In this document: positions 1 to 9,560 of the stretch, piece after piece
How positions within the stretch are numbered: the first letter of the stretch is position 1
How the letters are laid out: each line of letters starts with the position of its first letter
NCBI GenBank assembly: GCA_029821735.1
Contig: JALGSU010000013.1
Coordinates: forward strand, 7,563 to 71,562
DNA: 64,000 nt
Direction: 5' to 3'
From: Candidatus Zipacnadia bacterium
GTDB taxonomy: Bacteria; Armatimonadota; Zipacnadia; Zipacnadales; UBA5352
The notes under the pieces: generated by a model
Seen by the model: only the letters and a program-made list of their open reading frames with translations
Told to the model about the DNA's origin: nothing
Database searches by the model: none
Made by a program: the position numbers and the translations under genes

Positions 1-284
1 AACAGATTCTGATCGTCTTCACCATCGAGGGGCTCGTGATCGGCGTGCTCGGCTCGATCGTGGGCGGTGCGCTGGGCAGCGCGATAGTCCTGCTGCTTGC
101 CAGCATCAGACAACCGGCGCGCATCCCCGGGCAGATCCCCGATCCGCTCTTCCCCGGCATCATCACGCCAAATTTGCTGCTGGTGACGATGCTGGCTGGA
201 ATTCTCATCGCCGTCGTCGCGAGTGTGCTGCCCGCGAGGCAGGCTGCGGACCTTGACCCGGTGGATGTGATCCACAGTGGGTGA
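1..284 (+). CDS. ABC transporter permease, FtsX/MacB/LolC-like, C-terminal fragment (5' end outside window)
   Basis: The frame is open from the window edge (codons from nt 3) to TGA at 282-284. Two hydrophobic helices (EGLVIGVLGSIVGGALGSAIVLLLA and LLLVTMLAGILIAVVASVLPARQAA) are followed by a short polar tail, as at the C-terminus of FtsX-type permeases. It overlaps the downstream ABC ATPase start by 8 nt. Confidence 0.7.
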   Translation, partial: QILIVFTIEGLVIGVLGSIVGGALGSAIVLLLASIRQPARIPGQIPDPLFPGIITPNLLLVTMLAGILIAVVASVLPARQAADLDPVDVIHSG

Positions 285-966
285 TGCGGCGGCCGAAGTC
301 ATCGGTCTGAAGAAGACTTATTTTGGCGCACGCCCCGTCGAGGTGCTGCATGGACTCGACTTCCGCGTTGAGCCGGGCGAACTGGTGGCAGTAGTCGGGC
401 AGTCCGGCTCAGGGAAGTCCACGCTGCTCAACTGCTTGGGTGCACTTGGCAGGCCCACTGAGGGCGAGGTAATCATTGACGGGCTGAGGCTGGCGGATCT
501 CGATGAGGACGAGCTGGCCGACCTGCGCAACTCGCGCGTGGGCTTCATCTTCCAGTTCCACCACCTCCTCGACGAGTGGACCTGCCTCGAGAACGCCATG
601 ATGGCGATGGCCATCCGCAAGGGCACGCCCAGTGAAGAGGACTACGAACGCGTCATCGGCCTGCTCGAGCGGGTCGGCCTCGGCCATCGCCTCGACAACC
701 GCCCATCGCAACTCTCTGGCGGTGAGCAGCAACGTACGGCGGTGGTACGAGCGCTGGCAAACGACCCGCGCCTGGTGCTGGCCGATGAGCCGACCGGCAA
801 CCTCGACAGCAAGAGCGGACAGGAAGTCTTCAACCTGATCCACGACATGAACCATGAGACCGGTGTGGCGCTGGTCATGGTCACTCACGACGAGCGGCTC
901 GCGCAGGATGCCGATCGCATTGTCCGCATCGAGGATGGGCTGCTGTCGGAGGACGCGCCCGCGTGA
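277..966 (+). CDS. ABC transporter ATP-binding protein (MacB/LolD-type)
   Basis: Walker A GQSGSGKST, ABC signature LSGGEQQR, Walker B LVLADEPTGNLD and H-loop VTHD are all present. At 229 aa the length is typical. The GTG start overlaps the upstream stop (GTGGGTGA). Confidence 0.95.
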   Translation: MGDAAAEVIGLKKTYFGARPVEVLHGLDFRVEPGELVAVVGQSGSGKSTLLNCLGALGRPTEGEVIIDGLRLADLDEDELADLRNSRVGFIFQFHHLLDEWTCLENAMMAMAIRKGTPSEEDYERVIGLLERVGLGHRLDNRPSQLSGGEQQRTAVVRALANDPRLVLADEPTGNLDSKSGQEVFNLIHDMNHETGVALVMVTHDERLAQDADRIVRIEDGLLSEDAPA

Positions 967-1221
967 CCTGCTGCGCAACGGTCACGCCACTGCTGCGAGT
1001 CCGTGCTCTGGGCGAATTCGTAGATCACCAGGCGTTGCACTTCCTCCTGCCCTGCCGCAACTGAGCACGTCACGCCCGCCACCAGAATCATTGCCCTGCC
1101 TGCTGCCACCATGACCCTTCTGCTCCTGTGTGCGGCTCTTGATGCCGGCGGCTGGCATGCCTCCCACAAACGATGCGGTCACACCAATCCTCTGGCGTCG
1201 CCCGCAGTGAGAGTCTTCGGC

Positions 1222-2976
1222 CTATTGCTTGTGCGCCCGTGTCAGATCAATGTAGATGGTCGCCCGACCCGGCTGGTCGTCCTTCGGTCGGACCACGGTC
1301 GAGTTGTACTTGCGCCTTCGCTCGTCGCTCAGAGCTTCTCCTTGATACATCATGTCAACCGCGTCCACCCAGAAGTCGTCCCAAGCGCCGTCGGCCTGGC
1401 GAGCGGAGACGATCTCGACCACGTTCAGCCGCTTGAGGCCTGCGGCTGGCAGCTCGACCTCCAGCACCCGGCCCTCAGTCGCGTCGAGCGGCATCGTGGC
1501 GACCTGCGTGCCGTTGACGGTGACGGTGTTGGGCGCTGCCACTTTGTGCATCCGCACCCGCAGAGTGGCCGGCGCTTCGGCGGCAAACGCTTCCTCTGTG
1601 CCGGTCAGTACCAGATAGGACTGTCGCTCCTCAAAGGGCTCGCCTGTGCCGCGCATGGTGAACACCATGTCGTGGAAGCCATCCACCAGACCCGTCGGAC
1701 TGATCGTCGAACTGATGGTCCGGTAGAGACCATCCTCCCCCAGTTCATTGACAGCCGTTGTGGTCACTCCCAGTGCGATGTCAACGGACGTGATCTCATT
1801 GGCCGGGTCGAAGATGACGGCCTCCACCGAGGTCTCTTCAGTCAGCGGGTTCAGGCGTGACGGCGCGTTGGTCGTCAGGGAGTACTTCTCCGCCCAGTCG
1901 GCGAAAGCGCTGTCGAAGCCATCGTCGCGGATGCGGATGACGTGGTAGCCGATGGGCTGTGGCCCGAACCCACCTCCGTGCCAGGCGTAGCTGGTGGCCC
2001 CGCCCATGATCTCGGTCGCCCCGGCGAACTGCCAGCGGGCGATGCCGTGCCCGTGGCCGGACAGGGCGAGCAGCACCTTCCGGCCCTCCAATGCCTCCTC
2101 GACGATATGGCCCTTACCCATCGTCTTGAAGGGCTCGTGGACCAGCATGACGATGGGCGCATCCAGACTGACGTGCTCGAGGTAGGTTCGTAGCCACTCG
2201 ATGCAGGCGTCAGAGAGGTCCCACTTCAGCTTGCCGTCCTCCATGGTGTTGCCGTCCATGGCGATGAACTGCACGCCCGCGTACGTGAATGCGTACCAGG
2301 TGGGACCGAAGAGTTCGCGGTAGAGGGCGGGGCCCCATCCTGGGGCATCCGGGGGTACATCCGCGACTCGGATGGCGGTGTATTCATGGTTGCCCGGCAG
2401 GTTGAGAAGGGGCGGCTGCACATTGGCGACCATTTCTCGGTAGGCCTCGAAGAGTGCACGGGCCTGCTCGGGTCTGGCACCGTTGGCATCGACCACGAGG
2501 TCGCCTGTGTGGACTACGAAGGCAATGGGCAGTGGCATCTCGTTGATGGTCTGGACGTAGCGGGCGACGTACTCTCGAACCAGGGGCTCGTCACGCACGT
2601 GCAGGTCGGTGCCCTGGACGAAGTAGAAGGGCAAGCTCTGCGTCTCGGTGCGCATGGGGAAGTCCGCCCGCGCGGGACCGACGCGCACATTCCGGTAGAA
2701 GCCCGCCGTGGGCCAAGTATCTGGCGGATTGACCACGAAGACCACTTGGTCGCCGTCCGCGACCTGCATTGCGTATTCCCCGTCCGCGTCAACAGCGGCG
2801 ACGCTGGTCCCATCGCTGACGAGAGCGCCGGCAACGGCGGCTTCGCCCTGTTGCCAGGCACCGTCTCCATTGGCGTCAACGAACACGCGGCCAGTCACCT
2901 CGCCGCTCCACACTGGGAGCGCAGTAAGAACAACGAGCACGGCGGCAATCCTGAGTCTTCCTGTCATCTGTCTCAT
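1222..2976 (-). CDS. secreted calcineurin-like metallophosphoesterase with N-terminal SdrD-B/carboxypeptidase-regulatory-like module
   Basis: Ordered metallophosphoesterase motifs: GTDLHV (DxH), HTGDLV (GD), LPGNHE (GNHE), LSGHGHG. The signal peptide is RLRIAAVLVVLTALPVWSG, followed by GRVFVDANGDGAWQQGE. The ORF opens at GTG 3000, but ATG 2976 has a G-rich SD (GGGGGG) 5 nt upstream. ATG 2967 is another option. Confidence 0.85.
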   Translation of the reverse strand: MRQMTGRLRIAAVLVVLTALPVWSGEVTGRVFVDANGDGAWQQGEAAVAGALVSDGTSVAAVDADGEYAMQVADGDQVVFVVNPPDTWPTAGFYRNVRVGPARADFPMRTETQSLPFYFVQGTDLHVRDEPLVREYVARYVQTINEMPLPIAFVVHTGDLVVDANGARPEQARALFEAYREMVANVQPPLLNLPGNHEYTAIRVADVPPDAPGWGPALYRELFGPTWYAFTYAGVQFIAMDGNTMEDGKLKWDLSDACIEWLRTYLEHVSLDAPIVMLVHEPFKTMGKGHIVEEALEGRKVLLALSGHGHGIARWQFAGATEIMGGATSYAWHGGGFGPQPIGYHVIRIRDDGFDSAFADWAEKYSLTTNAPSRLNPLTEETSVEAVIFDPANEITSVDIALGVTTTAVNELGEDGLYRTISSTISPTGLVDGFHDMVFTMRGTGEPFEERQSYLVLTGTEEAFAAEAPATLRVRMHKVAAPNTVTVNGTQVATMPLDATEGRVLEVELPAAGLKRLNVVEIVSARQADGAWDDFWVDAVDMMYQGEALSDERRRKYNSTVVRPKDDQPGRATIYIDLTRAHKQ

Positions 2977-3286
2977 CCGTTCCCCCCGCAGGCGGCTCAC
3001 GGTCGATGCTGGTCAACGGCCTTTCTTGCCAGCGTTGTTGCACGTCGACGGTAAAGTGTTCCACACGGCCAGACTGCATTCCTTGGGTGTGACGAGGCTC
3101 ACCGCACGAGTTGTCCGTACCCCTCGGCGACAGCGGGAGGAACCCCGCTCCTCAGGCTGAACACTCTCAACACTGTCTTGTCAGGACAGGGGCACAAGCA
3201 GAGGCCATGAATACCGCATGGGGAATGGTATTGCCCATGGGACAGGTCATCTTCGGCTGAGTGCTCGAAGTTGAGGAGTGCTGCGC

Positions 3287-5371
3287 ATGAACGCCTGGGG
3301 CATCGTCTTCCTGTTGTCGGTTCTGTTGACGCTGGCCGTGTCTTCAACGTCCCAGGCCTTCGAGTGGGAGACGACCTCTCCCGAGTCGCAGGGCCTTTCG
3401 TCGGCGAAGCTCGAAGAGCTGGTGGTCGGGCTCAAGGAGCATCGTACCACTACCCTCATGGTGATCCGGCATGACCGGATCGTCTGCGAGTGGTATGCCG
3501 ACGGCTTCAGTCGCACGAAGCCACACTACACGGCGTCGCTGGCCAAAGCTCTCGTCGGCGGCGTCTCACTCATGGTGGCACTGAGCGATGGCCGCATTGC
3601 CCCCGATGACCTCGCCAGCCAGTACGTGCCTGCCTGGCGCGACGATCCGCTCAAGTCCAAGATCACGATCCGACATCTGGCGACGCATTACTCCGGCATT
3701 GAGGACGCTGAGCAGGACGGCCTGCCCCACGGGGAGTTACCGGGCTGGAAAGGCGCGTTCTGGCGGCGCGACCCCAACCCATTGCTGACGGCGCGCGATG
3801 AGGCCCCCGTGTTGTGGGAGCCTGGCACCGAAGCCCACTATAGCAACCCCGGCATGGGCATGCTTGGCTACTGCGTGACTGCGGCCTTGCAGGGAACCCC
3901 CGAGACCGACATCAGGACGCTGCTCGCCCGCCGGATAATGGAGCCGATTGGGGTACCCGCCGGGGAGTGGAGCATGGGCTACGGGAAGACCTACTCGCTC
4001 GATGGTCTGCAGCTTTGCGCCACCTGGGGTGGGGGAGGGTACAGCCCGAATGCCGTGGCACGAGTCGGCCGGCTGATGTTGCGCCGTGGTGACTGGGAAG
4101 GGCAGCAGCTGGTCAGCCCTGAGACCGTGGACCTGGTCACTGCCGACGCGGGCATGCCGCCGCAGAATGACGAGGAATACACCTCGCGGCGCGCGGGGCT
4201 GTGCTGGTGGCTAAACTCGGATGGTGCGCTCAAGCACGTGCCGCGGGACATGTTCGCCGGCAGCGGCGCCGGTAACCAGACCCTCATAGTCATTCCCAGT
4301 CTCGACCTGATCGTGGTGCGCAATGGCGCCGCACTGGACCCGAAGGGTTCATGGCCAGGGGTGGAGGAACATCTGCTCAACCCATTGATGCGGGCCATCA
4401 CGGACCCACCGTATCCGCAAAGCCATCTGATTCGCGACGTGGATTTCGCGCCGGTCGAGGAAATCCGCCGGGAGGCGCTGGGGAGCGACAACTGGCCTGT
4501 CACGTGGGCCGACGATGACGCTCTCTATACCTCGTACGGTGATGGGTGGGGCTTTACACCGCGCACGGACGCGAAGCTCAGCCTGGGGCTGGCCCGGATC
4601 ACCGGTGGCCCTCGCGACTTCGAGGGCATCAATCTGCGGGCAGCAACCGCCGAACGCGTTGGCCAAGGACCTGCGGGGCCGAAGGCCAGCGGCATGTTGA
4701 TGGTGGATGGCGTGCTCTACATGCTGGTCAGGAACACCGGCAACTCCCAGCTTGCCTGGTCACGAGATCACGGCAATAGCTGGGAATGGGGCTTCACATT
4801 TGACGAGAGCTTCGGCTGCCCGACGTTCCTGAACTACGGCCGAGACTACGCCAAAGCGCGAGATGAATTCGTCTACATCTACTCTTCGGACGGGCCAAGT
4901 GCCTACGAGCCGTATGACCAGATGGTGCTGGCACGGGTGCCGCGTGGTCGGCTGCAGGACCGCGCCGCCTACGAGTTCCTCGTGTCCGTGGACGAGCGTG
5001 ACGCCCCCCGCTGGACTCCGGACATCCAGCAGCGCGGACCGGTGTTCTCATTCCCGGGGAGTTGCCAGCGCAGCGAAGTCGTGTACGTCCCCGGCATCCG
5101 CCGCTACCTGATGGCCCTCGGCTTCGACCAGCAGGGAGGATGGGGCCTCTTTGACGCCCCGGAGCCGTGGGGTCCGTGGACGACAGCCCTCGCCACCCGC
5201 GCCTGGGGGCTGGGCCAGACCCACGGCTATCGCCTGCCCGCCAAATGGATCAGCGATGACGGCACCACGCTGCACCTGGTCTTCTCAGGACGCACGCATG
5301 AGGACGTGGAGTACGACGCATTCTGCGTGCGGCGCCTGCAACTGAGCCTGTTCGAGCCAGAGCAGCGCTAG
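3287..5371 (+). CDS. secreted serine hydrolase (class C beta-lactamase/PBP-like fold) fused to a C-terminal beta-propeller-like domain
   Basis: S-x-x-K motif (TASLAKAL) and Y-S-N motif (AHYSNPG) lie in the N-terminal ~370 aa. The C-terminal ~300 aa are rich in W/G/D strand repeats (WADDDALYTSYGDGWGF, WSRDHGNSWEW), which I guess to be sialidase-fold/DUF4185-like. Signal peptide is MNAWGIVFLLSVLLTLAVSSTSQA. GAGGAG sits 8 nt upstream of ATG 3287 (the ORF opens at GTG 3278). Confidence 0.8.
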   Translation: MNAWGIVFLLSVLLTLAVSSTSQAFEWETTSPESQGLSSAKLEELVVGLKEHRTTTLMVIRHDRIVCEWYADGFSRTKPHYTASLAKALVGGVSLMVALSDGRIAPDDLASQYVPAWRDDPLKSKITIRHLATHYSGIEDAEQDGLPHGELPGWKGAFWRRDPNPLLTARDEAPVLWEPGTEAHYSNPGMGMLGYCVTAALQGTPETDIRTLLARRIMEPIGVPAGEWSMGYGKTYSLDGLQLCATWGGGGYSPNAVARVGRLMLRRGDWEGQQLVSPETVDLVTADAGMPPQNDEEYTSRRAGLCWWLNSDGALKHVPRDMFAGSGAGNQTLIVIPSLDLIVVRNGAALDPKGSWPGVEEHLLNPLMRAITDPPYPQSHLIRDVDFAPVEEIRREALGSDNWPVTWADDDALYTSYGDGWGFTPRTDAKLSLGLARITGGPRDFEGINLRAATAERVGQGPAGPKASGMLMVDGVLYMLVRNTGNSQLAWSRDHGNSWEWGFTFDESFGCPTFLNYGRDYAKARDEFVYIYSSDGPSAYEPYDQMVLARVPRGRLQDRAAYEFLVSVDERDAPRWTPDIQQRGPVFSFPGSCQRSEVVYVPGIRRYLMALGFDQQGGWGLFDAPEPWGPWTTALATRAWGLGQTHGYRLPAKWISDDGTTLHLVFSGRTHEDVEYDAFCVRRLQLSLFEPEQR

Positions 5372-5413
5372 CCGCGGGTTGGGTGTAAGCGGGACAGGTC
5401 GCGCCTCGGGCGG

Positions 5414-6172
5414 TTAGCGCGCTGAGACCTCCAGACCCTCGGAATCGAGGATCACGTTGACGCTTGCAGTCATGTGCTCGGGATCGCGCACGAACTGCAG
5501 GTAGCCGGCCAGCTTCTCAGCCGCGTTGACCGAGTTGTGCGCCAGAACCAGTGCGCCCGGTGACAAGCGGTCGTAAGCCGACTCGAGAATCTCCAGGTAT
5601 ATGCCCTTGCCGCGGTCGCGGTCTCCGTTGGCATCGAGGTAGAGCAGGTCGATGGGCGCGGGGTAGTCGGCCACCACCTCGACGGCGTCCTCCGTGATGA
5701 CGCGCGCTACGCCCGTCGGGTCAATGAGTCGCACGTTGCGCTCCGCGCGCTCCGCCTCCTCGGGCTTGATCTCGACTCCCACCAGGTCCTCGGCCTCGAA
5801 GGTCGCCCCTGGCCCGACCGCGGCCCCGGCGTTGCAGATGAAAGTGAAGCCGCAAAACACGCCAGCCGCGACCATGTGTGTCGGCCGCGTGATCGCGTTC
5901 AGCACCCAGATCAGTCGCTCCTGGCGCGGTGAGATAGCGGTCCACGGAATCTCGAAGGCCTCGCGCACGGCAGCCCGGTGAGCCGCGAAGCGCTCACCGT
6001 CGTAGTCAGCGTCAGGCAGCATCTCCGCCGCCACCAGCGTAGCCAGCACCTCATCCACGATCGCGATCTCGTTCGCCAGCGGCTCCAGCTCGACGAACGG
6101 CTCGCGCGTAGCCATCTTGTATGTGTCCCAGTCTCCCGCCCGGAACTCGCCATCAACTGGTCCGATGGCCAT
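5414..6172 (-). CDS. class I SAM-dependent methyltransferase (O-methyltransferase family 3-like)
   Basis: The segment VGVEIKPEEAERAERNV ... IDLLYLDANGDRDRGKGIYLEILESAYDRLSPGALVLAHNSV matches the layout of caffeoyl-CoA-type OMTs (E-x-d-pe-a-Ar-n, fDlvFiDadK, pGGlivaDNv). The ATG at 6172 overlaps the stop of the upstream gene (TGATG). The track ORF extends to 6241, but that extension is Arg/Gly-rich and lies inside the upstream gene. Confidence 0.7.
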   Translation of the reverse strand: MAIGPVDGEFRAGDWDTYKMATREPFVELEPLANEIAIVDEVLATLVAAEMLPDADYDGERFAAHRAAVREAFEIPWTAISPRQERLIWVLNAITRPTHMVAAGVFCGFTFICNAGAAVGPGATFEAEDLVGVEIKPEEAERAERNVRLIDPTGVARVITEDAVEVVADYPAPIDLLYLDANGDRDRGKGIYLEILESAYDRLSPGALVLAHNSVNAAEKLAGYLQFVRDPEHMTASVNVILDSEGLEVSAR

Positions 6173-7068
6173 CAAGCATCGCCCCGATCGAGGTCGCCCA
6201 GGACCGACTGCACGTAGGCGATGTCCTGCTGCGCGAACCACTCACGGTCGCCGCCGCGCGGGGCCTCCACGCAAACCGGGCCATCGAAGCCCGCTTCCTG
6301 CAGCAGTTTGAACTCCTCGCGGTGGTTGATGATGCCATCGCCCAGCCCGCACGGGATGTTGATAGTGCGCTCCGCAGTGGCCACGGGGTAGACGTTCTTG
6401 AGGTGCAGCATGTAGGTCCGTCCGGCCAGCGTGCTCACGGCCGCCGCCAGGCTGGGCGGCTGCGGGAAATAGACCATGTTCCCGTAGTCCAGGTTGGCCC
6501 CAACCGCTGGCGATCCGATCATGTCCAGCAGGCGAGCCGTGGGTTCTGGCAGGTCGGCGAGGCAGCCCATGTGGGTCTCGAATGCCAGCTTGAAACCAAG
6601 CTCCTCGGCCAGTGCTCCCAGTTCGCGGAAGCCTTCGGCAGCCCACTCGAAGTGCTTGTCCTCAGCCGCGCCAGAGCCCGACTTGTCGTATGCCCACGAG
6701 GGCGCGTCCGGATCCTTGCTGCGCAGTGGACCGGGGCTGGTGTTGCACACGGTCAGCTCGAAACGCTCCGCCGCCAGCCGGTAGAACTCCAACCCGTCCT
6801 TGACCTCCTGGGCGCGGAAGGCCGCGTCCTCGTTGGCCATGTCAACACCCGGTCCGCCAAACATCGGTTGCTTCAGGCCCGACTTCTCGACCGCCGCCGC
6901 GACCGCGTCGAGATACTGCTCGGGCGTCTCGTCCACGCCGCTGCGCGCGCGCCGGAACTCGATGCCGTCGTAGCCCCAACCGACGGCCTTCTCGCACATC
7001 TCTTCGAGGCTTTGCCCCTGCTCGCAGTAGTTCACGTGCATGATGATGGGAAGTGACATGTGGATCAT
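6172..7068 (-). CDS. sugar phosphate isomerase/epimerase (xylose isomerase-like TIM barrel)
   Basis: At 298 aa, the N-terminus (MHVNYCEQGQSLEEMCEKAVGWGYDGIEFRR) and the later FETHMG and NLDYGN segments are typical of AP-endonuclease-2/xylose-isomerase-like TIM barrels. An alternative start at ATG 7059 has better spacing from the GAGAGG SD. Confidence 0.8.
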   Translation of the reverse strand: MIHMSLPIIMHVNYCEQGQSLEEMCEKAVGWGYDGIEFRRARSGVDETPEQYLDAVAAAVEKSGLKQPMFGGPGVDMANEDAAFRAQEVKDGLEFYRLAAERFELTVCNTSPGPLRSKDPDAPSWAYDKSGSGAAEDKHFEWAAEGFRELGALAEELGFKLAFETHMGCLADLPEPTARLLDMIGSPAVGANLDYGNMVYFPQPPSLAAAVSTLAGRTYMLHLKNVYPVATAERTINIPCGLGDGIINHREEFKLLQEAGFDGPVCVEAPRGGDREWFAQQDIAYVQSVLGDLDRGDA

Positions 7069-7083
7069 CCTCTCAGGTGGCCT

Positions 7084-9270
7084 CTATTGGCCGTTGATCG
7101 CAAAGCTCTGCTCCAACCAACTTTCGCCGTCGCGCGCACGGATGCGTAGCGTGTGCTCACCGGTCGGGATGGCTCGGTCCGAATCGAGCTCTTCGGTGCC
7201 CACCAGGTACGGTGGAGAATCGAAGCTGCTCACAAGCTCGTCGTCGATGTATACTTCCAGCGCCCCCGGCTCAATGCCTTCAGTCCAGATGCGCAGCCGC
7301 TCCCATACGCTGTAGGTGTCCAGATGGTTGGGAGGGGTGATGGTGATGATCTTGGTGCGTCCCGGCCGGGCTGCCTCTTCGTCCTGCCACCAGCGCCGCA
7401 CCGCCTCGCTGCTGCCCAGCAGCGCCATGACGCGCCGATCCTCGGGCCAGCCCAGCACTCGCGAGTCCGCCTGGTAGACGTAGATGCCATCCACGCCGGC
7501 CTCGTGAAGCTCACGCGCCCGCCACAGGAACGGTCCGGGCATTTGCAGCCCCCAGCTCAACCCGTCGATCACCGGCAGCAGCTTGACGTCGGTGCCTCGC
7601 ACCGCCTCAACGTACGGCGTCACATCAAAGCTGTGGTGCCGCCCCTGCAGATTGCTCGGACAGAGGTAGTCCACCAAGCCCTCGGCCACCCAGGTCTGGT
7701 AATCGAACCGGTCCCACGTGCGCACGCCGGTCGCCGGGAAGCGGATCAGGATGGGCACTCCCCCGAACTCCTCGGTCAGCGCCCGGAGCTCGCGCAGGAA
7801 TCCCGTGCAGGTCTCGGCCGTGTCGATGCCCTCGGGGTAGCGGCAAAAGTCGATCGAGATCCCCGGCGCGCCAATCGCCAGCGCCTCACGGTACAGCCCC
7901 AGGATATGCTCGCGCACCTCGGGGACCTCGTAGCGCAGGGCGGCCCCGCGCCGCCACTCGGGGTGCTCCTTCGAGAAATCGCCCTCCAGCGGCGAACCCG
8001 GGTAGCAGTTGGTCGCGCCGAAGTTGGCATGGGCGACCATACCCAGTTCCTCGGCGTAGCGAAGCCCGGCGTCGAGGGTGTTGGTGAACTGCTGCATGCG
8101 CCCCACGTTCTCAGTCTGAGGATTGACTTTACCGATCGGGTCGCCGATTGTCCCGTGCAGCAGCGGATCGGTCTCCCGTGTCTCATAGACCACCTTTGCG
8201 CCGAAGCGTCCGATCTGGACGTCCACCAGATCAATGCGTGCGTCCGCAAATGCCGTCAGCGGCTCGCGATGCTGTAGTGTGTCCTGCACGTTTTCGTTGA
8301 AGGCCCACGAGTAGGGCTCGAAGTATCCCGCCACCAGTCTGTCGCGCTCACCCGCATATCTGTCCTCAAGCTGTGCCGCCAGTTCCTCGGACAGCGGGAC
8401 GAGTCGCACGTAGTCAATCGACGCGGTGGCGTAGCCGGTGTAGTTGTGCGATTGCTGCAACACCAAGTGCTGGCGGTCCATGCGTGCCCGGCGCCATGGC
8501 ATCTCCCAACGCGGGTAGTGCGAGTAGACTTGGGCGGCGCGTTCATCGCCAGTCAGCCGCATGTGGAGGGCGTGACCGTGCGCGAGGCTGCGCATGAAGA
8601 TCGCCCACGTGCCCTCCAGGTCGAGCGGCATGGTGAGCTGTGGCAGTGGCACATCCGCCGGCGAGGAACCGAACAGTGCGTTCCCGAGACTGTAGACCTC
8701 TGGGTCGAGGTCGGTGCTGAATCGCCACTTCCGATCTTCGCGCGCGGGGGCCTCGGCCAACTCGTCCTGCTGGATGACCTGCGTCCAGTCCTCGATGCAG
8801 ACGACGTCAGTATTGTCTGCCTGCAGCCGGCACTCACGCGTGGCCAACTCCGCCCCGTCCTCGCCGATGATCTGGACGCGGAAGTCCACGTCGACCGTGC
8901 CATCCACCTCGGCCTCGGGATAGGGATTGAAGACAACCGTTCGCTCAAGGCCCGCCGCTCGCCGCTCAGTGATGGCGCTCTCGTAGACCCAACGCTTCCG
9001 CTCGGCTTCGTCGATGAGCCTATACCCAGTCTCCGACATCAGTGGGATCGCGACCGCCCGCTGCCACTCGCCCTGTTCCGGACGCGACCACGAGCAGCGC
9101 ACTGTCACTTCCTCCGGGGAGCCCTCCGGCACCTGGTAGCTGACGTGGAAGTAGCGAGTGATCGGGTCCAGATGCATGGTGGCCTGCCCTCCGGTGGCGT
9201 CCTGAGAGTGCGCGCAGACGGCGCTGACGATCAGCGCCACAAAGATCGAGACTTTCCTCATAGCCCTCAC
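7084..9270 (-). CDS. secreted glycoside-hydrolase-like TIM-barrel protein (GHL10/DUF187-like guess) with C-terminal beta-sandwich
   Basis: Signal peptide is MRKVSIFVALIVSAVCAHSQ. The motif GISIDFCRYPEG resembles the D-x-x-R-Y-P motif I recall for GHL10-type proteins (unverified). The C-terminus is Ig-like (EVYIDDELVSSF...HTLRIRARDG). There is a 15-nt gap to the next gene on the same strand. Confidence 0.6.
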   Translation of the reverse strand: MRAMRKVSIFVALIVSAVCAHSQDATGGQATMHLDPITRYFHVSYQVPEGSPEEVTVRCSWSRPEQGEWQRAVAIPLMSETGYRLIDEAERKRWVYESAITERRAAGLERTVVFNPYPEAEVDGTVDVDFRVQIIGEDGAELATRECRLQADNTDVVCIEDWTQVIQQDELAEAPAREDRKWRFSTDLDPEVYSLGNALFGSSPADVPLPQLTMPLDLEGTWAIFMRSLAHGHALHMRLTGDERAAQVYSHYPRWEMPWRRARMDRQHLVLQQSHNYTGYATASIDYVRLVPLSEELAAQLEDRYAGERDRLVAGYFEPYSWAFNENVQDTLQHREPLTAFADARIDLVDVQIGRFGAKVVYETRETDPLLHGTIGDPIGKVNPQTENVGRMQQFTNTLDAGLRYAEELGMVAHANFGATNCYPGSPLEGDFSKEHPEWRRGAALRYEVPEVREHILGLYREALAIGAPGISIDFCRYPEGIDTAETCTGFLRELRALTEEFGGVPILIRFPATGVRTWDRFDYQTWVAEGLVDYLCPSNLQGRHHSFDVTPYVEAVRGTDVKLLPVIDGLSWGLQMPGPFLWRARELHEAGVDGIYVYQADSRVLGWPEDRRVMALLGSSEAVRRWWQDEEAARPGRTKIITITPPNHLDTYSVWERLRIWTEGIEPGALEVYIDDELVSSFDSPPYLVGTEELDSDRAIPTGEHTLRIRARDGESWLEQSFAINGQ

Positions 9271-9306
9271 CGTTCTCGTTGCCGTCCTGCGCGAGGCGGC
9301 TTGGCA

Positions 9307-9501
9307 TCAGTATCTCATGGAAGCCATCACTTGATCGATCACGCCCACGGCTGCCTTCACTCTTGCCGCCGGCGCACCTGATACGACCGTGAAGAGCCGG
9401 CCCGCCTCCCGCAGCCTGTCAACGAACAACTCGTGCATCCGGCACAACTGCTCCGCCGCTCCGCAGTATTCCTCCTCGGTCATCGCCTCAAGACTCGTCA
9501 T
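9307..9501 (-). CDS. hypothetical small protein (64 aa), weakly supported
   Basis: This ORF (MTSLEAMTEEEYCGAAEQLCRMHELFVDRLREAGRLF...) fills an otherwise empty 290-nt gap between two same-strand genes. Composition is balanced and helical-looking, but there is no clear SD. Confidence 0.25.
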   Translation of the reverse strand: MTSLEAMTEEEYCGAAEQLCRMHELFVDRLREAGRLFTVVSGAPAARVKAAVGVIDQVMASMRY

Positions 9502-9560
9502 AGTGCGGCAGAACCGAGATAGCGGGCCGCACACGAAATGGCTTGCGCCCGCGCCCGCTC

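Noticed and set aside
885-1169. A 94-aa minus-strand ORF in the 255-nt convergent gap after the ABC ATPase. It could be a gene remnant. An 8-bp hairpin (961-968/980-987) spans the ATPase stop.
   Set aside because: The ORF has no RBS and no recognisable motif, and it overlaps the ATPase 3' end. The hairpin is short with an 11-nt loop. The evidence is insufficient to call either a gene or a terminator.
3210-3239. Interleaved 6-bp stems (AATACC/GGTATT and CATGGG/CCCATG) in pseudoknot-like topology, in the leader of the serine hydrolase gene.
   Set aside because: The stems are very short and there is no supporting conservation data. The arrangement could easily arise by chance, so it is not reported as an RNA element.
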